A stretch of 64,000 nucleotides of DNA from Yuukianura sp. NJ FZ-2021 (lineage: Eukaryota): assembly GCA_046563655.1 (NCBI GenBank), contig CM102283.1, forward strand, positions 682,001-746,000, in the 5' to 3' direction. Positions 13,656 through 25,516 of this stretch are shown in pieces. A program made the translations under genes and the position numbers. Each line of letters opens with the position of its first letter. The first letter of the stretch is position 1. The notes under the pieces are model-generated. The model did not search any database, had not been told where the DNA came from, and saw only the letters and a list, made by a program, of their open reading frames with translations.

Positions 13656-13722
13656 CACGAATGATGAACATCAATAGACAAGCGTATAGCTGACATCATT
13701 GACGATAATTTGTTCTGATATT
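13656..13722 (+). ncRNA. Third SNORD27-like box C/D snoRNA (all boxes intact)
   Basis: ATGATGA (13661-13667), acatcaat, AGACAAGCGTAT, ag, CTGA (D' 13690-13693), TTGACGA (C'), taatttgtt, CTGA (D 13715-13718). The guide keeps 18S pairing through a G:U wobble. It sits between a GTAAGT donor (~13608) and a pyrimidine-rich AG acceptor (~13814). Confidence 0.85.
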
Positions 13723-14469
13723 TTTTCCAAATAATTCAAATTTAGTTAATATGCACTCTGAATTATGCTTTACTTTCTTGTATCTAACCGTGGAATTCTT
13801 TTGATTTTCGCTAGGAGCGGCGTCATCTACGATACTCCAAGATCTACGTCGGGAGTCCCAGTAACAAGTCGGAATAAAACGTCAAAAGCTCTCGCTTATG
13901 AGAAAGGATGGAAGTCGACCAACAACACGTTATTACTGCCATAGATACATCAACTCGACTGCGAAGCGTAGACTCATTGAAGGAATTTCGATGAACACTA
14001 GTATGTATCTGTTATTTGCTCATCAGGATGTTGTGACCAGAATCAACGGCAGGTACTATAATCCATTCTGGTTATTTGGATTCTAGTAATTGCTTTGCAA
14101 GCGTAACTCACCGTCAGTTATCAGCAATACGAGTTAATTAAGCAAATTCATTCCTAATTAATCTAAGAACCCAGTTCAATTTCCTGCTTGACATGCTCAT
14201 ATTTGGTCACAAATGGGTCAGTCGTCGGTATTAACAAATAATTTTTATTGAACACTCACATATGGCTTATATATAGGTTCATGTTTTAGTTAACTTTTCC
14301 TCTCTTAATGTACTAACCAATGAGTGATGGATGAGTTGAGAGAAGAGTCGTTTGTGGAGGCTCGGATATAGGCACGTTTTGTGCAGTGGTATCAGCAGTT
14401 TTCACTGCTGAACAGGGGAGATAATCCGTTAGGTTAGGTTCGCCATGCGTATTATTATCATATATTCTA

Positions 14470-15050
14470 CAGTGAGGTCCAGCTAAAAGAGTACACCTAA
14501 AATATAAAAAACTTGTTTATTTTTGAAACCAAATAAACTATGGGAGGGGGAAACAGGCTACATATTTCATGTAGCATTGCCCATTTATGTTTCCCTCGAA
14601 GAAGAGGTGCAATGCTGGTGTCACCAATAACGCCAGCCCAAACGTTGACCTTTGTGGCATTTTGAGATTTGGTTGCTCTCATCCATTGAGGATTCGAATC
14701 TCACCAATACCTAGTCAATAATTTAATGCTTAGTTTTATTTAAAATCATATCAATAAGTTTTGTAAATATTACAAACCGGAAGTTCTGGTGGTTCATGCG
14801 ACCATTCAAAAAGACAAGACCAGGGTACTGCATGCACATTTTCATCATTTGGTCACAAAATTCAATTTTTTTTCGGATCGTTCTGGGTCAAGGTTTGATG
14901 GAATTGGACTAATATAGATGAAATCTTTAAAGTTGTAGAATTCTTTTTACAAAAGTTCTTGAAATCCGTGAAATAGGTCTTGTTGAGACATTTAGATTCG
15001 CAGAAACATAGGCTAAAATGGATTGTAAAGATACTTGTACTTGGAATCAG
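14470..15050 (-). mobile_element. Decayed Tc1/mariner-superfamily DNA transposon remnant
   Basis: TA-CAGTGAGGTCC terminus at 14468-14480. Fragmentary transposase motifs FLNGRMNHQNFR and NPQWMRATKSQNATKVNVWAGVIGD occur in broken frames. Confidence 0.65.
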
Positions 15051-15658
15051 AAGATTCGGATATACACCAATGAAACCAATGAAAACTGTGCTTTTCTAAA
15101 ACTCGACTGTTGATAGTAATATGCAACCATCTCGGCACGATGCTGAGTTATATGCTAAGGCATTGGTACAACGATAGAAAAACGATAAGCGTAAGAAAAA
15201 GGAGTTTCGACAGTCGAATTTGTTGCTGCTTTTAAAAAGAAAGGAAATACAATTATCAGAGGGAAAAAAATACGGAAAAATTTTTTCTATTGACTCGGTC
15301 AATCCAGCAGCATGGAGCAAAGTCCTCGCCATGTCCTTGACATGGCGAGGTTGGCTCTTTCTGCTCTTCCGTTTGATTCGGGAGAGTAAGCGACGGTCGT
15401 CTCGTGAATAATTCCTTTCTCTTCAACATAATTATTAATTGCTTGATTTTCAAATCCAGTGGCGTTATCGCTTCTGAAAATCTTCACTGGTCTTCCAGTT
15501 TGCATTTCTAAAAATTTGATTTGGTTGATAACGCACTATGGAATATCAGACTTCTTTCATGAAATGAACAAATCGAAATCTTGAACCTTCATCTGGGAAA
15601 AGGACAAATTATTGATTTCCAGGCAATGATTTTGTCGGCATTTTTCCAACTGTGTCTG

Positions 15659-16146
15659 TGTGAGCGGTTTAAGCGGGTTAAACCACTCACAATCTAAGGG
15701 GCAATAGGCCTATAAGTATTAGGTTATATCTGGGCCCAAAGCTACTTTCTGGCGCAGTAGCCAATACTGGGATAGCTCAAGGACTGCTCAAGCACTGGTG
15801 AAGTATTCCTCGAGTAGGGAGTTTTCTAGATCTCAAACATAATCCTCTCAACAGCTTTATCGTTTATCTGACGTTGATTATAGTTCCGGAGTTTGAGTTT
15901 ATCTCAAGATACTATAGTGCTATTCTCGAGGCATCATTCACCGCTGATTACAGTCAGTTATATTTGAATAGTGTAGATATAGATTCAGGAGGCCGATATC
16001 TGTTTAGTACGTTATGAGAGCTCGGCATCATTGGTTTTCTTGGCGGCTGACGTATTCCGAGTACGGAGAAACCTGAACCGGTGAGTTCCCAGAAGTCCTT
16101 GCTGGCCAAGCCTGCTTCTGGAAGTATGCCTCCTAAATAGGTGACA
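15659..16146 (-). mobile_element. Solo LTR, family A (TGTCAC...CTCACA), 5-bp TSD GTCTG, inserted in the copia integrase
   Basis: GTCTG at 15654-15658 and 16147-16151. Removing the insert restores GEMLHADTVGKMP in frame. Homologous to 20658-21487 in the opposite orientation. Confidence 0.85.
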
Positions 16147-17171
16147 GTCTGCATGAAGCATTTCTCCAGGTTTCAAGTTCCTGTTTGGTGAAAGTTCTGG
16201 AAATGGTTTACGAGCCTCTTCTCCAATTTTGCAATCTGAGCAATCAAACTTTCCCCTTCAATTGATCAAGTGAAATTCCTGTCACAGTTTTATTCCTGAC
16301 AGTTTCCAGAATGTACTGAAAATTCGCATTAGCCAAACGCCGATGCCAGAGTTTGGAATCTTCTTTCATGGCTGATGAAAGTGATTTCAGCTAATTTTCA
16401 TATGGTCTGAAATTCATCTCATACATATTGTTTTTCTGGGTAGCAGTGAAACATGAATTTCCACTTCGAAATAAAAATTCCGTTTTCTCTTTGGTTCTGA
16501 CAATCTTAAATCATTTCTTCGTCATTGCAACTTCACTGAATAAGTTTGTCGCTCCAGGAACGTAAAAACCACCTGAAATTGTCCACTGAATCTACTTTCC
16601 TTCAATCTAAGCTTCCGGTTCCACCGTTCCTTTTCCGAGTGATTCAATTGAACCCTTGTCAGTCAAATAAATCAACTTCGGATTCGAAAATTCTTCAAAA
16701 TTTTTGAACCAAGTTAAATTTCCGCAAATGCTCCACGAGTCGTTGCTCCAGAATCACTAAACAAATGTTAGTGTCTCTTTCATTTTCTTCTGCCATGTAA
16801 GCAAATGTAGAGAAAGTAATGTCTCCTTTCTCCTGGTTTATTCTTTGTTGCGGACTTTCCCCATGAGGACTTTCTTTGCGTTTGTTCCTGCAGTGCTTGG
16901 CAGAATGGTCCATTTTGAAGCAGATTCTGCATTGACCTGGTGCAGCTTTCCTTTTCAGTCCTATATCCGGGTTTGATTTGCAATTTTTCGCAAGATACCC
17001 AATTTCTGCCACGACCAACATCTAATTCCGCCACGACCAACATCTAATTACTTTCTTCCTATTCGGGTCTTCAGTTTTCGAAGTCCCATAATTTTTGAAA
17101 CGGGGTGAATCTTCGAATTATTAAAATCTTTAGAAAACCGTGGCTCTAATGAAAAACTGTTGGCAATTTTT

Positions 17172-18146
17172 TGAAAATTACCAATAGCCGAGGCCCCCAG
17201 GCCTCTTCGGGTCTAAAACCCGCTCACCCCTCGTGACCTGTTGACCCCCCCCCCCCGGGCCCTTAAGGAATCTCCCTACTCATAATGACTCCTGACCGAG
17301 GTGGGCCTCACCCGTGTCTACTATACTTTCTGGAACGGATGCCCTAACGTTATGTGAGGTCGGCCCTACCGGACCCACCTGCTTAGGCTCCATGCTGAGC
17401 CATAAGCTAACTAAGCCTTAGATCTACAGTAAATGAAGCTTATTTCTTTTACCTCTGACAGCTACAGATGAAGCCTCGCGATGATAAATAAGGCGGAGAT
17501 GAATTTGTAGAGTTTTATTTCCCCGATAAAGTGACGAGTGAGACTTAATCTCTAGAGAAAGTTCTTCCTAACAGAGCTTGAAGAAAAGCTAATTTGAAAA
17601 TGACTTTACTTAGTTTCTAACAAGAAAGCGAATTTAAGATTGACTTTACAAAGTCTCTAGCAAGAAACCTAATTCAAGATTGACTTAACTTCTATACAAT
17701 TTCCACTAGTATTTATAACCTAGATCTTGACCCACGCTATCCTCAAGGTTTGACCATCCTTGGCAACACCCTTGGGACTCAAGTCCGTGATCAGACGTTA
17801 ATGACCAAGATTTATGATCCAATTCAGTCATTAATGTCTGATATCAGACAAAGTTGCGATCGTATGCAAATTGACAACTTGTTAGTTTGCATTGGAATCA
17901 TTCGTTGACAGGCTGATTCCCCATGCTCAACAAATGTAGTAACTTGTTGAGCAATTTACTTTGTTGCGTCAGCCTTTTTCCTATCTGTAAGTTGAAAAGA
18001 TCATTTCCCATAAATCATTGCAAAAGTGACTTTATCAATTTGCATACTCGTCTTCTAATCTCTAATTTTGCTTAATTAACATTAGTCCGATTTTGACTTA
18101 TCCCGAAATTTACGAAATCTGGGATGATTCAAAATCCGACGTTACA
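17172..18146 (-). mobile_element. Solo LTR, family B (termini TGAAAA...CGTTACA on +), probable 4-bp TSD TTTT
   Basis: ~1-kb non-coding insert between the copia gag and Zn knuckle. Internal ~33-bp tandem units (aagaaaagctaatttgaaaatgacttt). Clearly similar to 19088-20142 and ~21860-22588. Confidence 0.7.
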
Positions 18147-19087
18147 TTTTGCTACACTTCATGAGGATTAGAAGAAAAATCTTGGTAGTTTTAGAAGTTC
18201 CAAGAATTCCATCAATCAGTCTCTGGTCCAACTCTTCTTTCATTCAACCTTGCCAAAAGGTTAATTATCGTTTTTGAATCTGAGTCCCAAGATTTCTTAA
18301 ACGGCTTAAACGTTGGATCTGGCATAGCAGAAATAATTCTGGATACTACTGCCGCTTTCTTCATTGGAACATCAATCTCTTCCAAATCTCTCCAGAGATG
18401 CTGCTCTGCGTACGCTTCAATTAACTTATTCTCTGGCGAAGTTTCAAAGCCATAAAAGCTCATAAGCGTCTGTTCACATTTACAACGCTTGCGCCTGAAT
18501 TCAAATCTTTCAACTTCGAATACATTTCAAAAGAAGTTTTACATGTAAAAATGTGTGAGACCTGATTTGGCTTTAACGTTGGAACTATGATCGCTATTGC
18601 CTGTATGTCCTTCTGGTCCCACTTTTCCTGCTTCTTGTCGCAATCATCGACTGCAGGTTTCTTCTTTTCTCCAAAAGCAATTTGCCACAATCCCATTGAC
18701 TTTAAGTACAATAAAATTGACAACTTCCAATGCGAAAAATTTGAACCATCCAACTTCACAAGATGCTTTGAATCGATCACACTTATTGCATCCAGTGTGT
18801 AAAAAGTTCATAAATTCATTGTTGAATTTTCTTCTTTTCAAAGTACCTGGTAACTTTAAGGAACGGGAGTTCATTAGATCTGATATAGTTTTGAACAACA
18901 CGAACAGTTTCACAAGGAATCTGTATTATCGTCGGTTCCTGATTTCTAACATTTTGACTTTTTCTAGATTCTTACATAAATTGATAATGAAACAACTTTC
19001 TCTTTTTCAAGTTTCAACAGAGGCAATTTGACGAACCTCCCAGAAAAGGAACAAAACTTTTCCTCGCCTTTAACACTAATTATTCTC

Positions 19088-20142
19088 TGAAAATAATTAA
19101 GGCGTTCTAGGCATCCTACCTATTCGGGTCTAACACCCGGTTGTTCCTAACTCTGAGACGATCCTTCCGGGCCCTCATGACATTCCTAACTTCTTATGGC
19201 CTAATCCCTTGGGTGGGGCCGGTCCCACCGGACCCACCTATGCCTACGGACAATAAGTAGATGACGGTTAACGAGCATTTGTTCACCTTATACAGCTGCA
19301 GATGACTCCCAAAAGTTGACTCGTGATGTCTTTTTGAAGAATAAACGGATCTGAAGTGGTTGGTGACAGTGATGTATTTTACTAGTTTATTTTCCCCAGA
19401 GCTTCAACATTTCCCCTTGAAGATATCCTTTCCCTAGCTTAACGAAAGTGGCTAATCTGCCAATAAGAACTAACTTAGAGAGAGAGAGAGAGAAAAGCTA
19501 ATTTGAAAATGACTTTTAAAAGCTTGAAAAAAAGGCTAACCTAAGACTGACTTCCTTAGACTACTTCTGAGCAAATAGCTAACTTAAGAATGACTTCTAA
19601 AAGCTTGAAAGAAAAGCTAATCTAAGACTGACTTTTTTATTTTCTAACAAGAAAGCTAATTTAAGATTGACTTAACTTTAACAGAGTTCCCACTAGTATT
19701 TATAACCTAGTCAGTAACCTACTCTGTCCTCTAATTCTAATTACCCTTGGCAACTTGTGTCCGCAATCGGACGTTAATGACCAGGATTTATAATCCTGTT
19801 TAGTCATTAATGTCCGATATCAGACAAAGTTGCAAGAGTATGCAAATTGACATCTCGTCAATTTGAATTAAAATCACTCGCTTTACTTGTGACATTACAT
19901 GTCCAACAAGTGTAAAAACTTGTTGGAGAAGTAAAACAGTTGCGTCAGCCTTCTGCTGAATTGTCAGGGCAAAGATCAATTATCATAAATTTTTGCAACT
20001 TTGTTGAGAAGGCGGGTTTTGCCAATTTGCATACATGCTCCCTTTTTCACTCTTATCTCTAATTACTCATAATTAGTAACTCATCCGGATTTTAACTTGT
20101 CCCGAGATCCGAATTTCGGGAGAAGTCAAAATCCGTCGTTAA
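19088..20142 (-). mobile_element. Solo LTR, family B copy, inserted next to the copia PBS
   Basis: Shares blocks with 17172-18146 (ccactagtatttataacctag, gacgttaatgacc, atcagacaaagttg, caaaatccgtcgtta). Flanks tctc/tccc look like an imperfect 4-bp TSD. Confidence 0.7.
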
Positions 20143-20394
20143 TCCCTCTGCTACCACTGTTAGAAAACCTTATAAGATAAATTTTCTAGTGGATGAATCA
20201 ACCCTCTGATCGTAATATCCAAATTTGACTATTGTTCTTTATTTAGTTTTCAAATCAAAATATATCAGCAAAACCTTCTAGTAGCTTCTCTGAGTCCCCT
20301 AACAGCATCTAAAAATCTCCCTTCATTCTGATTTAGAAGTAGAAATGAAATATAATTTAAAATTATATTTCATTTCAATTAAAATTCAATTTCA

Positions 20395-21830
20395 ACATTC
20401 AGGAAAGCTGTGGTAATGTCAAACTGAGACATATTCCACCCTTCTTGTGTTGCTAGTGCCAGCATAAAATTTGGAGCGAAAGTTTCTTCGTAATCCACTC
20501 CTTCGACTTGACTAAAGCCTTTGACTACCAGTCGGGCTTTGTGTTTTTCAATTGATCCATTAGGGTTATTTTTTATCTTAAAACAAACGATTTTGTAGTA
20601 TTTTGCGATTTAATGGTCTGGAGACGAGAATCCAGGTTTTGTTTTGAAGTTGGCTCCTGTCACCCCTAAAAACGGCATACTTCCAGATGTAGCCGTGGTC
20701 AGCAATGACATCTGGGGACTCACCGGTTCAGGCTTCTCCGTACTCAGCATTCGTCAGCCGCCGAAACGACCAATGACGCTGAGGTCTGATCCCTCAGTAA
20801 AACAGATATCGGCATCTATGACCTCAGCTTAATAGGACTGTAATCGGACGTAAATAGATCGACTAAGATAACTCTGACGCTCTCGAACTAAATAAACGCC
20901 AGGTTCGGTAAACGACAAAGTTGTTGAACGTCTTAGGTTTATTGAGATCTAGGAAACTCCCTAGTAAAAAGGACTTCACCGCAGATGTTTAAGATCAGAG
21001 TGCACCTTCAACTCGACCTTCCTTATATGGCTGTTGCCAACGAACCTGGTAGCAGGAGTACAGGTTAAACTAGATCTAGCCTAGAACTATACGGAGTTGG
21101 TGGTCGGACAACCGACGCCACCAAAGTTCAACTGCGCTCTATCCTAACCTCCGACTGTCGCGGAGTCCAGACTCTGACTGACTACATACAAAGAGATACT
21201 CTCCAGGTAAAGGTAGGTACATGACTCATTCACACTATGGGAATGCCTTAGTGCATAGCAGGCCTGGAGTTATCCTGTTCTCGGCTAATGCGCCATAAAC
21301 TGGCCTTGGGCCCAGATAACACATACGTCGTAATATTATGAGAATGCCTCAAAGCTGATAAGACCCTGAGTCAGCCAGCTATTTGTTTATGCGCCATATA
21401 GTGGCCTTCGGCCCAGATAAGTGCTAATGCTTATAGGCTTATTGCGCTTTGGAGTGTGAGTGGTTTAATCCGCTTAAACCTCACACAGCTCCTAAACTCA
21501 TCTTCCATTGCTTCTTGCCATTCATCACCCTCTTCCGATGTGATGGCCTCTTTCTAACTGGAGGGTGTTGTTTCTTCACAAACATTTGTTATTTTGTCGC
21601 TTGATTTTGAGCCGAGCTGATCTTCTCAGTGTAGGTTCACTTGTGCTGGATTTTTCTGCATTTTCGGTAGACTCATTTCCAGGATCTGATTTAATTGACA
21701 ATTGCTCAACATTGACGTACTCTGGATCCGTATTTTCTTTTGATGTTTGTCGTGAAATAATTTTTTATTCTCCATTTGATGACTTCCGTAAAAGAATCTT
21801 GTTAGCATCTGTTTAGAAATTATTTCTTTC
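20395..21830 (-). pseudogene. Ty1/copia reverse transcriptase N-terminal fragment (separate or rearranged copy), split by a solo LTR
   Basis: [41 protein letters not shown] and [10 protein letters not shown] are typical RVT_2 motifs. Confidence 0.8.
20658..21487 (+). mobile_element. Solo LTR, family A (830 bp, TG...CA), 5-bp TSD GCTCC
   Basis: GCTCC at 20653-20657 and 21488-21492. Excision restores the copia RT frame. Subterminal hairpin ggtttaa-tccgc-ttaaacc is shared with the 15659 copy. Confidence 0.88.
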
Positions 21831-21859
21831 TTTCGTTTCCTAAGTTGGCCTAACTTCCC

Positions 21860-22588
21860 TTGTTACTATCTTAATTGAGTATGATCAACCCTAGCTATTA
21901 AGACAACAAAAAGAATAATTGTTCTTTTACCTCCTTTAATGCGAATGTATTCGTCGGGAGTTGGGATACGGTACGTAATACGGCAAAACGCGAAGCCAAA
22001 AACAGCAACAGCGGAGAGTTAGTGTTTTTAGATCTTTATTTTCCGGTGAAGAATAGAGTGACTTAACCCTTAAAAATAGTCCTGGAAAGCTCGCAAAAAA
22101 GCTAATTTGAAAATGACTTACTTTCAATTCGTTTCCCACTGATATTTATAGACTATTTCTTAACCTACACTGTCCTTTAATTTCAATTACTCTTGGCAAC
22201 TTGTGTCCACTTTCAGACGTTAATGACTAGGATTTATAATCCAGTTCGCTCATTAACGTCTAATATCAGACAAAGTTGTGAGTGTAATCCAAGTTGACAT
22301 CTCGTCAATTTGTATGAAAGTCACCCGCTGATGGTATGACTTTTGGTGTCCAACAAGTGCAAAAACTTGGTAAATGTAAAACAGTCTTGTCGGCCTTCTT
22401 CTGACTTGTGAGTGCAAAGATCAATTAAAATTAATCTTTGCAGCTTTGTTGCAAAAGCCAGTTTTTGTCAATTTGCATTTTCGTACTTTTTTACGCTCTT
22501 ATCACTAATTTTTCCTAATTTACAATTCGACTGATTTTGAACTTAATCCAAAATTCAAATCCCGGGAAATTCAAAATCCGTCGTTACA
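21860..22588 (-). mobile_element. Family B LTR, third, more diverged or partial copy
   Basis: Same blocks (aagctaatttgaaaatgact, cttggcaacttgtgtcc, atcagacaaagttg), ending caaaatccgtcgttaca. Left boundary uncertain. Confidence 0.6.
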
Positions 22589-23212
22589 CTGTTACAAGTT
22601 TTTTGACATTAACACTATTTGAATCTCTTTCTCCTTCTTGACGTTTGGGGACCTGAGTAGATAGTATGAGATGCCGTAAACTCCAGGTGCTCAAAGCATT
22701 ACTTAGGAAAAGGTGAGGTGGCAGGTCCCAACCATTTCCTCGTAACTTGCGAGCCCCACGGGCAGTGTCTGGATATACCACGTGCCATTAGGTGTAATAC
22801 CAACGGCCTATAGATTAGCTGACTCGCGATATAGATTGTAGACAGTGGGCTATAGATTAACCAGCTAAGTTTTTGTAGCAAATTCAGTGAATATTACAAG
22901 AAACTAATTCAAGACATTTCTGTCTAAGTCCCCTAGCTCATAAATATCTTTATAAGTGCAAGTGTGAGTAATGTCAACGGTTATAGATTAACTGGTTCAG
23001 TTTATTTTTGGAGCAAATTCAATGGACATTGCTATTACTGGAAACTGAAACTGTTTCAACAAATTATTGTCTAAATCCCTAAGCTCATCAAAATCTATTG
23101 ACTCAAGTCGAAATCTTCGCAACAGAAACCGTAATATAATACTAATTTGCTGCAATACTGGCTGACGGTTTTAACTTTCTCGGCTTATTGTTACCCTTTT
23201 GAGGGACCTGAG

Positions 23213-23743
23213 TAATATTTCTCCATTTTCCATCTCCGTTACTTGAGAGATTTCATTTTGCAATTCCCAGGTGACAAAACCTTTGCAATCTCCGCAACAG
23301 TGAACCAAAAATTCTAATTTCCCGCCAACTTCACGATGATTAGAAAGTCTATCGACATCGTATTCGGTAAACAAAAATCAGTTGATTAATATTCTACAAC
23401 TTTTAATTTATTTGTTTTTATTTTAATTTGTGCTTTGTTACCTTTTGAGGGACCCCGGTAATGCGACTCGAAGCATTTTTCAGGTATCTAGCTGGCTCCC
23501 ATGTAACGCTTCCGTCCATGTAACCAGTTCACCTTGAATTCTAGCTTCCGCTTGAAAATTTGATGTCTAGAAACATCGATAGCATAAAATTCTGTAATGA
23601 CAAGGTTTAAACATTTGGACATTTTCTAAAAAAAAATAATGCAATGAAACACATTTTAAACGTTAACTTAAGACTTTCGTGGAGGTTTACGAGCTGTAAG
23701 TAAACCCTTTATCCTAGCACTCCCGTGTTTCGTTTCTTGCCAT
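23213..23743 (-). pseudogene. Decayed multi-exon gene: histone-H3-tail-like N-terminus plus two tandem chromodomain exons
   Basis: Exon ~23440-23592 reads EFYAIDVSRHQIFKRKLEFKVNW/YMDGSVTWEPARYL (one frameshift). Exon ~23213-23366 reads EYDVDRLSNHREVGGKLEFLVH...FVTWELQNEI. Both end gtccctcaaaag(g)gtaac. The first exon reads MARTKHGSARIKGLLTARKPPRK if one A is removed. Confidence 0.6.
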
Positions 23744-25516
23744 CTTCTAACTTTAGTTAAAATTAGAAAGTTAGTTAAAGTTGGTTTGAAATTTGAAGTG
23801 AAGTTGTGTCTCCAATATTCTTTGTAGTTGTGTACAATGTATATAAATAATATTAAATTAAACTATTATGCTAAATTATAAATTATACATAATATACATG
23901 TATTACTGTATTTCTTCTATGCTTGATCCACCAAACTCCACCACTCTTTTGCTTGTTGCATCTCCATGATCGAAGAGGGGCGGCTGATGACAGGCAGTAA
24001 TACACCTAATAGTATAACAAATGCTATACAGCATATAGACGGACCGAGACTTGAATTACTTAAAATTACTCTGGAATTGAATTTTCCTCTATTCTTAGAT
24101 ATAATATTTGAAAATTTTCGCATGACTCTACTTCTCGGTCTTCACTTTTAAATCAATAAAACTTTCAGTGAAAAAGCACTAATATTAAACGTTCGAAATT
24201 ACGTAGTTATTCTGCTGGAATTGCTCTAACGTTTTGGACAATAAAATAGTAGTCTGAAACATCGAGCAATGCGAACTTAAATAACCAACCTTCGCAAACG
24301 CATGTGACAGAATTTACAGATTTCTGACCAATTACCTTTCGTAGAATGCAACATTAGTTTGCTTCATCGAATGTTCAACCGTAAAAAAACTGCATAACAA
24401 TGCTATCTTCGGTGAATTCGGTGAGGTGCGTGGTGTTTGTAATTTCTTCGTAAATACTTATGCTCCTAGTTTGAGAAGATCCTCATCCTTAGATGCAGTG
24501 GAGCAATGCCGAGCTTCTGTAGGAACAGTTCCCTAACGTTGAGTGGAATGTGTTTAGTACTTAGTATCTACTCGTATACAACCAGAAGCGTGAACTCCAT
24601 ATGTACCCTACATATCTTTCCTCATTTATGTGTTAGAAGGGATGAAACAAAACCATTCAATTGAAAAACCGGTTATGAAAAAATGAAAGAAAAATATTTA
24701 ACACATGTTTAAAGTTAAACCTCCAATTGTATTGGAATTCGTGGTTTATGAGATTGTCGGCATGAATTATTGTGAACAGAGTCCTAACCTTTTTGAGTAG
24801 TGGAAGAATTCAGCTGAGGTACTACGGACGAAGTAGTGCAGTTAATGAAAATTAAGCTTCCTAGTGCCTGAAGAAAGCTAAATTTAGGATAGTTATATTG
24901 CATTTCTAACTTATAATTCATGAAATTGCCGCTTTTGTACTTTTTATGTTGCCTTTTTTATCTGTTTTATTTTCTGTTGCATTTATTCCTTTCCGCAAGC
25001 ATAATAAGTTGAGGTGATGATTTCTTTTCACAATTCCGATTAGCGCCTCTGAGTAAACAAGGTGGCAAAAAAATCGCGTGCACAATTTGTGTGCTCCGTC
25101 ACGCAAGCTCACGGATAAATACGACCAAACTAATCAATACTTATACATATTTTATGGGATTCCCCATGTCTGAAGCGGGGTAAACTTTTTACAAGCGAAA
25201 ACGAATCAAAAGTGTGTTCATAATCGTCCTCTGAAAACTAGTTCGTTGAGGGCTCCTGCCTCAACTAGTCTATCACCCATTTTATCCCTAGAGACCTATT
25301 GCCTTGCCTCCGGATCCTGAAGAGATTCCTCCTTATGATCTTGACTTTTTGACGGGGCTGAGCCCACCCATCCAATTACTTCTACAATTAATTCATTCTC
25401 TTTCCCTGTGTTCCAGTGCGAAATCTACCAGTCAGTATTCTAAAATTGATTGCCAGCTTTCTCCACTGTTACAGTATTCCATACGAAGTGTTTTGAGTCT
25501 TAGCTGGTATTCGTTG

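Larger units (their letters stand above)
15060..20330 (-). mobile_element. Decayed Ty1/copia LTR retrotransposon (LTR end, PBS, gag, Zn knuckle, protease, integrase) interrupted by three solo LTRs
   Basis: LTR end ...TAACA at 20158, followed by PBS TGGTAGCAGAGG (20145-20156), complementary to the 3' end of initiator tRNA-Met. Gag KLDGSNFSHWK (18460-18780), CRICFKMDHSAKHC knuckle, DSGA protease, LWHRRL GAG-pre-integrase, and IFRSDNATGF...YSPESNGRAER integrase. Many stops and frameshifts. Confidence 0.88.

Noticed and set aside
6521-14450. SNORD13-like acetylation guide near NAT10
   Set aside because: No element complementary to 18S helix 45 flanks (e.g. AACCTTGTTACGAC) was found with C/D boxes.
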